Assembly: GCA_963815545.1 (NCBI GenBank)
Contig: CAWFGY010000006.1
Location: forward strand, 115,348-179,347
Direction: 5' to 3'
Source of the DNA: an uncultured Actinomycetota bacterium
GTDB lineage: Bacteria > Actinomycetota > Actinomycetes > Actinomycetales > Dermatophilaceae
DNA length: 64,000 nucleotides
Shown here: one piece after another, positions 1 through 8,069 of the stretch
Layout of the letters: each line of letters begins with the position of its first letter
Numbering within the stretch: position 1 is the stretch's first letter
Notes under the pieces: generated by a model
The model's database searches: none
What the model was told of the DNA's origin: nothing
What the model saw: the letters and a program-made list of their open reading frames with translations, nothing else
Made by a program: the position numbers and the translations under genes

Positions 1-717
1 GCCGAAGACGGCCGGGACCGAGTCCACGGCGAAGACGATGTCGGTGCCGAGGATCGCGACGGTGACGAGGGCGAACGGGGTCAGCGCCCGCCGGCCGTTC
101 TCGAGGACCGTCATCCGCGGGCCGCGGTAGTCGTCCGTGACCGGGCGGAAGCGCTTGAGCAGGCGGACGGTGCGCAGCGCCCCGATGTCGACGTGCTGGT
201 CCCCGTCGGACAGGGCGTCGCGCAGGACCTTGACGGCGGTGGCGAGCAGGATGGCGCCGAAGAGCAGGAACGTCCACGAGAACATGTCGATGAGCTGCGC
301 GCCGGCGGCGATGAAGATGCCGCGCAGGATCAGGGCGCCGGCGACGCCGATGAGCAGCACGCGCTGCCGCAGCTCCTTCGGCACGGCGAAGGCGGTGAGC
401 AGGAGCATGAAGACGAAGAGGTTGTCGACCGACAGCGACTTCTCGACGAGGTACCCCGTGTAGTACTCCAGGCCCCGGTCGCCGCCGTAGCTGCTCCATA
501 TGAAGAGGCCGAACGTCAGCGGGAGGGCGATGTAGAAGGACGACCAGCCGACGGCCTCCTTCATGGACACCTCGTGCGGCTTACGCGTGACGACGAAGTC
601 GACGGCGAAGAGCAGGAGGACGGCGCTGATCGTGATGGCCCACAGCATGGGCGTGCCGATCGACTCCCCGGCGGCAGCGGTATGTCCGGTCGTGAACACG
701 GCAGGGACGGATGACAT
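1..717 (-). CDS. TerC/Alx family integral membrane protein (N-terminal 239 codons; gene runs off the left edge)
   Basis: My own minus-strand translation from ATG 717-715 (GAGGAG 5 nt upstream) gives MSSVPAVFTTGH...LEYYTGYLVEKSLSVDNLFVFMLLL...DSVPAVFG, a multi-TM TerC signature. It is absent from the ORF track because there is no stop inside the window. Confidence 0.8.
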   Translation of the reverse strand, partial: MSSVPAVFTTGHTAAAGESIGTPMLWAITISAVLLLFAVDFVVTRKPHEVSMKEAVGWSSFYIALPLTFGLFIWSSYGGDRGLEYYTGYLVEKSLSVDNLFVFMLLLTAFAVPKELRQRVLLIGVAGALILRGIFIAAGAQLIDMFSWTFLLFGAILLATAVKVLRDALSDGDQHVDIGALRTVRLLKRFRPVTDDYRGPRMTVLENGRRALTPFALVTVAILGTDIVFAVDSVPAVFG

Positions 718-721
718 GAGA

Positions 722-860
722 CTCCTCAGGAACGACGAACACTCCTGAGGTCTCCTTCACCGCCCGCGGGCGGCGCCGAACCGGGAGCGCGCTGGGACGC
801 TCGTACTGACCGGAACGGACTTGGGAAGTACTCCCCTCGTCCGCACGATGATACGCGTGG
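722..860 (-). promoter_or_regulatory. Probable yybP-ykoY (Mn2+) riboswitch leader of the TerC gene
   Basis: The sense (minus) strand carries GGGGAGUA (829-836), CAGUACGA and GGAGACC (749-755) in the order expected for yybP-ykoY. A hairpin CCUCAGGA/UCCUGAGG follows and overlaps the GAGGAG SD. TerC/Alx genes are a classic context for this riboswitch. Confidence 0.55.
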
Positions 861-908
861 CCGGCGCCCTCGCCCAAGTCGCACTGTCGAAGGTTCGTCC
901 ACCTCGAC

Positions 909-1117
909 CCTGACGTGACCAATAGGTCGATGTGGGGACGGGTGCGGGCGTACCTGACGTGACCAATAGGTCGATGTGGGTACGCCCCACGCCGTACCTG
1001 GCGTGACCTATTGGTCGATGTGGGGACGGGTTCGGGCGTACCTGGCGTGACCTATTGGTCGATGTGGGGACGGGCTCGGGCGTACCTGGCGTGACCTATT
1101 GGTCGATGTGGGGACGG
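909..1117. repeat. Array of five head-to-tail 44-bp repeats (family A, locus 1)
   Basis: Units start at 909, 953, 997, 1041 and 1085 (CCTGRCGTGACCWATWGGTCGATGTGGGGACGGG + about 10 variable nt). The region is intergenic, between the photolyase stop and the TerC leader. Confidence 0.9.
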
Positions 1118-1123
1118 CCGGGG

Positions 1124-2491
1124 TCAGCGCTTCGTGGCGTCGAGACGGTCCAGGGCCTCGCGGCGCTCCTCGGCGTGGTCGACGATCCGGCGCGGATACC
1201 CGTGCGCGTACCCGTCGTCGTGCTCCCACGGCTGATGCGCGGCCTTGCCGGCCAGGTGCCGCAGCTCGGGCACCCAGCGGCGGACGTACTCGCCGTCGGG
1301 GTCGAACTTCTCGCCCTGGGTCACGGGGTTGAACACCCGGAAGTACGGCGAGGCATCGGTGCCGGTCCCCGCCACCCACTGCCACCCGTGGTTGTTCGAC
1401 GCGAGGTCGCCGTCGACGAGGTGGTCGAGGAAGTACCGCGCCCCGACCGGCCACCAGACGTGCAGGTCCTTGGTGAGGAAGCTCGCCGTGATCATCCGGA
1501 CCCGGTTGTGCATCCACCCCTCGGCCAGCAGCTGACGCATCCCGGCGTCGACCATGGGGTAGCCCGTCTCGCCGCGCTTCCACGCCTCGATGGCGTCCTC
1601 CGGCTCGTCGTACCGCATCCCCGCCAGCGCCGGCCGCAGGTCCTGCCAGGCGCTGCGGGGGTTGTGGTGCAGCACGTCGGCGTAGAACTCCCGCCAGGCC
1701 AGCTCGCTGCGGAAGGTCTCGACGCCCGTGCCACCGCGGCCCGCCAGGTCGGCCAGCAGGGTGCGCGGATGCACGACCCCGAGCTTGAGGTAGGGCGACA
1801 TCCGCGAGGTGCCGTCGACGGCGGGATGGTTGCGCGCGTCGTCGTAGTCGTCGAGGTCGTCGTCGCGGAACCCGCGGAACCGGCGCAGCGCCGCGTCCTC
1901 CCCCGGCTCGGGCAGCTCGGGCAGGTCCGGCGCGGACAGCGCGGCGTCGAGCGCCGACGTGGCATCCGCGTCGTTGCGCGCGTGGCGCAGCGGCAGCTCG
2001 CGCGGGGTGGCGGCCGGCTCGGGCCACCCGTGGCTGCGCCAGGCCCGCGCGAACGGCGTGAACACCTTGTACGGGTCCCCCGACCCGTTCGTCACCAGCC
2101 CCGGCCCGACGGCGTAGGGCGTGCCGGTCGGGACCCACTCGACGCCGTCCGCGGCCAGCCGGGCGCTCACGGCCTCGTCGCGGCGTGCCCCCGCCGGAGT
2201 CGTCTCCCGCGAGACGTGGACCGACGAGGCGGAGACCCGCGCGGCCAGCTCGGGCAGGACGCGTCGGGGGTCGCCGTGCAGCAGGGTGAGGTTGCCGTCG
2301 AGGGCGCCGTCGAGGGCACGCAGGTTGGCGGCCAGCCAGGCCCGCCGCACCGGGCCGCCGCCGTCCCACAGCGCCGGGTCGACGACGAAGGCGACGACCA
2401 GGTCGCCACCGTCGGCGGCCTCGCGAGCGGCGAGCAGCGCGGGGTGGTCACGGCGACGGAGGTCGCGGCGGAGCCAGAGCACGGAGGTCAT
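1124..2491 (-). CDS. phr: Deoxyribodipyrimidine photolyase (cryptochrome/photolyase family)
   Basis: C-terminal 455 aa of ORF 1124..3145, from MTSVLWLRRDLRRRDHPAL. Contains the FAD-binding signature TGYPMVDAGMRQLLAEGWMHNRVRMITASFLTKDL...WQWVAGTGTDASPYFRVFNP. Confidence 0.92.
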   Translation of the reverse strand: MTSVLWLRRDLRRRDHPALLAAREAADGGDLVVAFVVDPALWDGGGPVRRAWLAANLRALDGALDGNLTLLHGDPRRVLPELAARVSASSVHVSRETTPAGARRDEAVSARLAADGVEWVPTGTPYAVGPGLVTNGSGDPYKVFTPFARAWRSHGWPEPAATPRELPLRHARNDADATSALDAALSAPDLPELPEPGEDAALRRFRGFRDDDLDDYDDARNHPAVDGTSRMSPYLKLGVVHPRTLLADLAGRGGTGVETFRSELAWREFYADVLHHNPRSAWQDLRPALAGMRYDEPEDAIEAWKRGETGYPMVDAGMRQLLAEGWMHNRVRMITASFLTKDLHVWWPVGARYFLDHLVDGDLASNNHGWQWVAGTGTDASPYFRVFNPVTQGEKFDPDGEYVRRWVPELRHLAGKAAHQPWEHDDGYAHGYPRRIVDHAEERREALDRLDATKR

Positions 2492-2502
2492 CGCGCCCTC
2501 GA

Positions 2503-3234
2503 TCAGCTGAGCCGGTCGAGGACCGGGGGCAGGAGGAAGAGCATCCCGAGCGACCACGTCAGGTGTGTGACGACGGGCCCGAGGATGCCCCCGGTGACGC
2601 GACGCTGGAGCCCGACGACGAGCCCCACCACGGCCGCCGCGAAGACGAGCAGCGGGATGCCGGACGCCGCGGTGACCAGTGCGTACACGACGGTGGTCAC
2701 GGCCACGCCGTGGCGCCGCCCGACCCCGGCGTACAGGGCGCCCCGGAAGTACAGCTCCTCGGCGATCCCGTTGACGAACGTCGCGACCGCGACGATGCCC
2801 AGCGACCCGAACTCGGCGTGGTCGAGCAGCTCCTCGACCGGGTCGCGGAGCACCGGGATCTGCGCGACGACCACCGCGCCCGCGAGGAACAGCGTCAGCA
2901 GCATGGCCCCGAGCGCGAGGGACTGGACGACCGCGCGGCTGTGCCCGTCCCCGTCGCGGGTGTGCGCCCGCCCGAGGTGCAGCGGACCGGACGCGAACGC
3001 GCCGACGGCCCACACCCCCGCCAGCGCGAACGTGGCGACGTAGAACAGCGGGTCGCCCGGCTCGATGCGCAGCGCCCAGGCGAGCAGGCCCGCCCCGACG
3101 AGCAGGGTGGCGACCGCGACGACCCGGCGCCGTTTGAAGGCCCACTCCGGCTCGGTGTGGTCGCGCGGCACCGGCACGACGAGCGCGGCTCGGATGAACG
3201 CGCGGAACTCGCGGAGGGGGTTCACCGCACCCAC
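2503..3234 (-). CDS. CPBP family intramembrane metalloprotease (CAAX protease-like)
   Basis: ORF 2503..3444 carries multi-TM segments and the motif NGIAEELYFRGALY, with later conserved His residues. The GTG start at 3234 was chosen to avoid overlap with the upstream gene, so the start is uncertain. Confidence 0.65.
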   Translation of the reverse strand: MGAVNPLREFRAFIRAALVVPVPRDHTEPEWAFKRRRVVAVATLLVGAGLLAWALRIEPGDPLFYVATFALAGVWAVGAFASGPLHLGRAHTRDGDGHSRAVVQSLALGAMLLTLFLAGAVVVAQIPVLRDPVEELLDHAEFGSLGIVAVATFVNGIAEELYFRGALYAGVGRRHGVAVTTVVYALVTAASGIPLLVFAAAVVGLVVGLQRRVTGGILGPVVTHLTWSLGMLFLLPPVLDRLS

Positions 3235-3253
3235 CTGCGCCCCGGTGTCGGCG

Positions 3254-4279
3254 TCACGAGCCCGCCGCGCGGCCGCCTCCGGCCCAGTCGGGGTCGGCGG
3301 CGGTGACATGGGCGGGGTCGACGGTGCCCGGCTCGGGGCGCGGGTCCGCGTCGTCGCCGGCGATGGCGTCGGTGACGGCCCGGTCGAACCCGAGGGCGCC
3401 CCCGGGCGGTGCACCGACGAGGTCGTCGATGTCCGACTCCTCACAGACGACCTCGTGGAGCAGGCTCTCGACGAGCGGCTTGGCGAGACCGGTGGGCACC
3501 GGCGTGACGAACCCGACCCACTCGCTGGCGAGTCGCGGGGTGAGCACCGGGACGGTGAGGATGGTCCGGCGCATCAGGCCCGCCAGGCGCGCGAAGCGCA
3601 GGATCATCTCGCTGTAGGTGAGGACCTCGGGGCCGCCGATGTCGAGCGTCCGGTTGACCTCGGGCGGCAGGTCGGCGGACCCGACGAGGTAGTGCAGGAC
3701 GTCGCGCGCCGCGATCGGCTGGATCCGGTTGCCCAGCCACTTGGGGGCGATCATGACGGGCAGCCGAGACGTGAGGTGCCGGAGCATCTCGAAGGACGCC
3801 GAGCCCGACCCGAGGATGACGGCCGCCTGCAGCACGGCCGTCGGGACGCCGCTGGCCATGAGGAGGTCACCGACCTCGACGCGGGAGGCCAGGTGGTCGC
3901 TGAGCCGCTCCCCGCGCGGGTGCAGCCCGGACAGGTAGACGATGCGGCCGACCTCGGCCTCGTACGCGGCGCGGCCGAAGCCCTGCGCCATCTCCCGGTC
4001 GCGCTCGACGAACCCGCCCTCGGAGTCCATCGAGTGGAGCAGGTAGTACGCGACGTCGACGCCGTCGAGGGCCTCGGCGAGGGTCGTGCGGGACGTCGCG
4101 TCTCCCTCGACCACCTCGGCCCGGTCGAGCCATGCGCGGCCGCTGAGCTTCGCGGCGTCCCGTGTGAGGACCCGCACCGTCCAGCCCTCGTCGAGGAGCG
4201 CGGGAACGAGCCGGGACCCGATGTAGCCGGTCACCCCGGTGACCAGTGCCCGGCGGCCCTCGCCGCGACGGTTGCTCAC
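3254..4279 (-). CDS. NAD(P)H-binding SDR-family protein (NmrA/epimerase-like)
   Basis: ORF 341 aa with the N-terminal Rossmann motif ALVTGVTGYIGSRLV. Confidence 0.75.
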   Translation of the reverse strand: MSNRRGEGRRALVTGVTGYIGSRLVPALLDEGWTVRVLTRDAAKLSGRAWLDRAEVVEGDATSRTTLAEALDGVDVAYYLLHSMDSEGGFVERDREMAQGFGRAAYEAEVGRIVYLSGLHPRGERLSDHLASRVEVGDLLMASGVPTAVLQAAVILGSGSASFEMLRHLTSRLPVMIAPKWLGNRIQPIAARDVLHYLVGSADLPPEVNRTLDIGGPEVLTYSEMILRFARLAGLMRRTILTVPVLTPRLASEWVGFVTPVPTGLAKPLVESLLHEVVCEESDIDDLVGAPPGGALGFDRAVTDAIAGDDADPRPEPGTVDPAHVTAADPDWAGGGRAAGS

Positions 4280-4707
4280 CGCCGGTCCAGCGCCTCTTTG
4301 AGCTGGGCGGCCGTCCGGTCGCCGAGGCGCTCGAGCAGCGGGGTCATGATCGGGCCGAGGAAGCGCGCCGGGCCCGTGAACTCGAAGTCGGCGCGGTACG
4401 TGACCGTCGACCCGGTGCCGTCGGGGCGCACCGTGATGGTGTCGCGGCTCGTCGTGGACTTGTTGCGCCCGACGACGACGAACTCGGGCTCGGCGACCTC
4501 TTCGGTCGTGTACTCGAGCTCGACGGTGTTGCCGGCGAAGGTGGACACGTTCTTGTACACCGTCCCCGGCCCTCCGTCACCGGACACCCGCTCGCACGAG
4601 ACGGTGCCCGCATCCCACTCGGTGGCGTTGCGGAAGTCGACGAGGTAGGGGAAGACGACCTCGGGAGCGGTCGCGGTGTGGATCGTGCGTTCGACGGTCG
4701 TCGTCAT
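4276..4707 (-). CDS. SRPBCC family (polyketide cyclase/dehydrase-like) protein
   Basis: Starts at internal Met MTTTVERTIHTATAPEVVFPYLVDFRNATEWD, with GGAGGTAG SD upstream. The stop overlaps the downstream gene's start by 4 nt. Confidence 0.7.
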   Translation of the reverse strand: MTTTVERTIHTATAPEVVFPYLVDFRNATEWDAGTVSCERVSGDGGPGTVYKNVSTFAGNTVELEYTTEEVAEPEFVVVGRNKSTTSRDTITVRPDGTGSTVTYRADFEFTGPARFLGPIMTPLLERLGDRTAAQLKEALDRR

Positions 4708-4714
4708 GCGGGGA

Positions 4715-5959
4715 CTACCTCCTGGTGAAGCGGATCTGGGCGACGTCCAAGTACCCCGTCGCGAAGCCCGCCTCACAGTACGCGAGGTAGAACTCCCACA
4801 TCCGACGGAAGGTCTCGTCGAAGCCGTGCCCCTGGATGTGGGGCCACTCGGCGTTGAACGTGTTGCGCCAGCGGCGCAGGGTCTCGGCGTAGTCGGCCCC
4901 GAAGCCCTGCACCCGCTCCACGCGCAGGGTCGTGGAGTCGCGGGTGACGTCACGGATCGCCTGCAGGGAGGGGATGAGCCCGCCGGGGAAGATGTACTTC
5001 TGGATCCAGCCGAACGAGCCCTTGGTCGCGAGCAGCCGGTGGTGCTCCATGAGGATCGCCTGGATCGCGACCGCGCCGCCCGGGGCCAGGAGGTCGTCGA
5101 TCTGCTGGAAGTACGTCTCCCAGTACTCCTCGCCGACGGCCTCGATCATCTCGACGCTCACGATGGCGTCGAACTGGCCGATGGTCTCGCGGTAGTCCTG
5201 CAGCAGCACGGTGACCCGGTCGGAGTACCCCGCCGCGGCGATGCGCTGGAGCGCCAGGTCGCGCTGCTCGGCCGAGAGGGTCACCGACGTGACGGTGGCG
5301 CCACGGGCGGCCGCCCGGATCGCGAGCTCGCCCCAGCCGGTGCCGATCTCCAGCACGCGGGTGCCGTCGCCGACGTCGGCGGCGTCGAGGATCGCCTCCA
5401 CCTTGCGGATCTGCGCCTCGTGCAGGTCCTGCTGCGCCAGGGGCAGCGCCGGGTCGAACAGCGCCGAGCTGTAGGACATCGACGGGTCGAGGAACTTCGC
5501 GAAGAGGTCGTTCGACAGGTCGTAGTGGGCGCTGATGTTGGAGCGCGAGCCCTCGAGGGTGTTGCGCATCCCCTGCGGGATCGCGCGGTCGACGAGGCCG
5601 CGCAGCGACAGCAGAGGCTTCGGGACGATCTCGCCCATCCGCGCCGCGAACGGCATGAGCGCATGCGCGAGGTCGGTGCCGTCGGCGGCCTTCCAGTCGC
5701 CCGCCATGTACGCCTCGCCGAGTCCGATCTTGGGGTGGGACTCGAGGCGGTGGAACAGCGCGCGCGGACGCACCACCTCGAGCACGGGGCTGTCCGGGCC
5801 GCCGCCGCCGACGAGCCGCCCGCCGGGGTAGCGCAGCCGCACCGGCATGGGCCGCACGGCGACCTCGGTGATCGCCTTGGCGATGGCGCCCCGGGTGAGG
5901 ACGCGGGGGAACCCGAGCCGCGGGGACGCGAGCTCGAGGCGGGGGGTGTCGGCGGTCAT
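4715..5959 (-). CDS. cfa: Cyclopropane-fatty-acyl-phospholipid synthase family SAM methyltransferase
   Basis: 414 aa from MTADTPRL. Contains ISAHYDLSNDLFAKFLDPSMSYSSALF and the SAM motif VLEIGTGWGELA. The C-terminal part matches CFA synthases. Confidence 0.85.
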   Translation of the reverse strand: MTADTPRLELASPRLGFPRVLTRGAIAKAITEVAVRPMPVRLRYPGGRLVGGGGPDSPVLEVVRPRALFHRLESHPKIGLGEAYMAGDWKAADGTDLAHALMPFAARMGEIVPKPLLSLRGLVDRAIPQGMRNTLEGSRSNISAHYDLSNDLFAKFLDPSMSYSSALFDPALPLAQQDLHEAQIRKVEAILDAADVGDGTRVLEIGTGWGELAIRAAARGATVTSVTLSAEQRDLALQRIAAAGYSDRVTVLLQDYRETIGQFDAIVSVEMIEAVGEEYWETYFQQIDDLLAPGGAVAIQAILMEHHRLLATKGSFGWIQKYIFPGGLIPSLQAIRDVTRDSTTLRVERVQGFGADYAETLRRWRNTFNAEWPHIQGHGFDETFRRMWEFYLAYCEAGFATGYLDVAQIRFTRR

Positions 5960-6711
5960 CGCACACTCTCCAGGCTGTGGTCGGGTCGGGGTCGGACGGG
6001 CAGTCTCCGCAGCCACAGCCAGATGCCGTGGGCACGGATGAGCCCGCTGACCCGCTGGGGCATCAACGGGTGTCGCGCGGCGGTGCGGGCCACGGCCGAG
6101 GTCGTCGCCGGTCGCGGCGTCCCCGTGACGGTGGCCGTCACCAGTGGTTCGTCGCCGACCCGCAGCCGGATGGCCACCCCGACCGTCCGGGGAGTCAGGG
6201 TGAGCCGGATCGCGTACTCCCCCTCGACGTCGTTGAACGGCGAGACGTAGAACGCCTTCTCGACGTCGTCCCGTCCGCCGCTGTCGGGGCGGAGCACGTA
6301 GGCGTGCCGCCCGCCGTAGGTGTTGTGGACCTCGACGAGCACGGCGCGCTGCGTGCCGTCCGGTGCGAAGACCCAGAAGGCGCTCATCGGGTCGAAGACG
6401 TGACCGAGCACCCGCGCGTGGGCGAGCATGACCACGCGGTCGCCGGAGCCGACGTCGACGCCGTCGCGCTCGAGCACCCGCAGGACGTTGGCCTTGAGCG
6501 CCGCGATGCCGGGGTTGCCCGACAGGTGGTCCTCGCCGCGGAACGTCGCGAACGGGCGCAGCCAGCGCGGCAGCCGGGGCATGTCGTCGAGGTCGACGAG
6601 CCACTGGGTGTGCGCCGTCGTGAACGAGTGCCGCAGCGGGCGGAAGCGCGTGTGGTGGACCTGCCCGACGACGAGGGCGGGCAGGCGGGGCAGGTCGGCC
6701 GTCGTCGTCAC
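5956..6711 (-). CDS. DUF1365 family protein
   Basis: GTG start in a GTGA overlap with the upstream stop. Sequence VGQVHHTRFRPLRHSFTTAHTQWLVDLDD is typical of DUF1365, which is normally found next to cfa-like genes. Confidence 0.7.
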   Translation of the reverse strand: MTTTADLPRLPALVVGQVHHTRFRPLRHSFTTAHTQWLVDLDDMPRLPRWLRPFATFRGEDHLSGNPGIAALKANVLRVLERDGVDVGSGDRVVMLAHARVLGHVFDPMSAFWVFAPDGTQRAVLVEVHNTYGGRHAYVLRPDSGGRDDVEKAFYVSPFNDVEGEYAIRLTLTPRTVGVAIRLRVGDEPLVTATVTGTPRPATTSAVARTAARHPLMPQRVSGLIRAHGIWLWLRRLPVRPRPDHSLESVR

Positions 6712-8015
6712 CAGTCCACCCCGAAGGCCCGGGCCGCCTCGACGCCCGAGCGGCAGCCGTCCTCGTGGAAGCCCCAGCCCTGGTAGGCGCCGGCGAACGC
6801 GGTGCGGTCCGTCGTGATCTCGGGGATCCGGCGCTGGGCCTGCACGGCGCCGAGGTCGTACAGGGGGTGGGTGTACTGCATCGTGGCGATGATGCTGGCC
6901 GGGTCGATCCGCTCGGTGGCGTTGAGGGTGACGAAGAACGGCTCGTCGTCGGGCAGGCCCTGGAGCCGGTTCATCCAGTACGTGACGACCGCGCCCCGGG
7001 CCGGGTCCGAGCCGACGAGGTAGTTCCAGGACGCCCGGGCCATCCGGGCCCGCGGCATGAACGAGCCGTCGCGGTGCAGCACGGTCTCGTTGGCCGAGTA
7101 GCGGAAGGCGCCGAGCACCTCCTTCTCGGTGGGCGTCGCGTCGGCGAGCAGCCGGAGGGCGTCGTCGGCGTGGGTCGCCACGACGATGCGGTCGTAGTGG
7201 TCGACCCGGCCGCCCAGGGTGCGGACCTCGACGCCGTCGGGGGTGCGCAGTACCGAGGCGGCGGGGTCGCCGCTGCGGACGTCGGCGAGCCGGGACGCGA
7301 GGGCGTCGACGTAGGTGCGCGAGCCGCCGACCACGGTCATCCACTGCGGGGAGTCCCCGACGGTGAGCATCCCGTGGTGCTCGAGGAAGCGGAACAGGTA
7401 GCGCGCCGGGTAGTCGAGCGCGTCCCCTTCCCCGCTCGACCACACGCAGGCGACGAGCGGCAGGGCGTAGAGCCGCAGGAACGACTCGCGGAAGCCGTGG
7501 TCGGCGATGAACTCGCCGTAGGTGGTCGTGTCCTCGTCGTCGGTCTGCTCGAGGAAGGCGGTGGCGAGGGTGTGGAAGCGCTTGACGGCACGGAGCATCC
7601 CGACGTACTCCCGGTCGAGCAGCTGGCGCGGGCGGGCGACGAAGCCCTTGACGCCGCGGCCGCCGGCGTACTCCAGGCCCGTCGACTCGTCGCGGATGCT
7701 CATCGACATCTCGGTGTCGCGGGCCTGGACCCCGAGCTCGCCGAAGAGGCGCCGCAGATAGGGGTACGTCCGGTCGTTGTGGACGATGAAGCCGCTGTCG
7801 ACGCCGATGTCGCCGTGCCGGGTCGGGACGGTGTGGGTGTGCGCGTGGCCGCCGAGGCGGGCTTCTCCCTCGATGAGCGTCACGTCGTGCCGGGTCGAGA
7901 GGATGTGCGCGGCCGTGAGCCCGGAGACCCCGGCTCCGACGACGGCGACTCGCTCACGGGCGCCGGGGCGCTCGATGGGGTGGGACTTCATGCTCACGAC
8001 CGTAGAACCTTCCAT
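6708..8015 (-). CDS. NAD(P)/FAD-dependent oxidoreductase (amine-oxidase / desaturase-like)
   Basis: ORF 435 aa with the dinucleotide fold VAVVGAGVSGLTAAHIL...TLIEGEARLGGHA. An alternative start lies at 7991 (MKSHPIER). Confidence 0.8.
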   Translation of the reverse strand: MEGSTVVSMKSHPIERPGARERVAVVGAGVSGLTAAHILSTRHDVTLIEGEARLGGHAHTHTVPTRHGDIGVDSGFIVHNDRTYPYLRRLFGELGVQARDTEMSMSIRDESTGLEYAGGRGVKGFVARPRQLLDREYVGMLRAVKRFHTLATAFLEQTDDEDTTTYGEFIADHGFRESFLRLYALPLVACVWSSGEGDALDYPARYLFRFLEHHGMLTVGDSPQWMTVVGGSRTYVDALASRLADVRSGDPAASVLRTPDGVEVRTLGGRVDHYDRIVVATHADDALRLLADATPTEKEVLGAFRYSANETVLHRDGSFMPRARMARASWNYLVGSDPARGAVVTYWMNRLQGLPDDEPFFVTLNATERIDPASIIATMQYTHPLYDLGAVQAQRRIPEITTDRTAFAGAYQGWGFHEDGCRSGVEAARAFGVDW

Positions 8016-8023
8016 GGGGGGCC

Positions 8024-8051
8024 GTCAAAGGTTTGTCAAACTTACCTCAGC
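8024..8051. promoter_or_regulatory. Candidate operator: GTCAAA direct repeats at 11-bp spacing in the divergent promoter
   Basis: GTCAAAGGTTTGTCAAAC, with repeats at 8024 and 8035 and a weak third repeat (CTCAGC) at 8046. It lies in the 54-bp gap between the divergent operons at 8015 and 8070. Confidence 0.4.
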
Positions 8052-8069
8052 CGCGTACCGTGCTGTGCC

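Noticed and set aside
909-1117. CRISPR array interpretation of the 44-bp repeats (also at 23932-24091 and 39166-39289)
   Set aside because: The variable part between conserved cores is only about 11 nt and is itself similar between units, so there are no unique spacers. Units occur in both orientations, and no cas genes are present in the window.
1008-3043. ORFs 1008..2369 (minus) and 1055..3043 (plus) overlapping the photolyase locus
   Set aside because: They are alternative frames or strands of the photolyase and CPBP genes. Their translations are Arg/Pro/Gly-rich and partly read through the 44-bp repeats (VTYWSMWGR artefact peptides).
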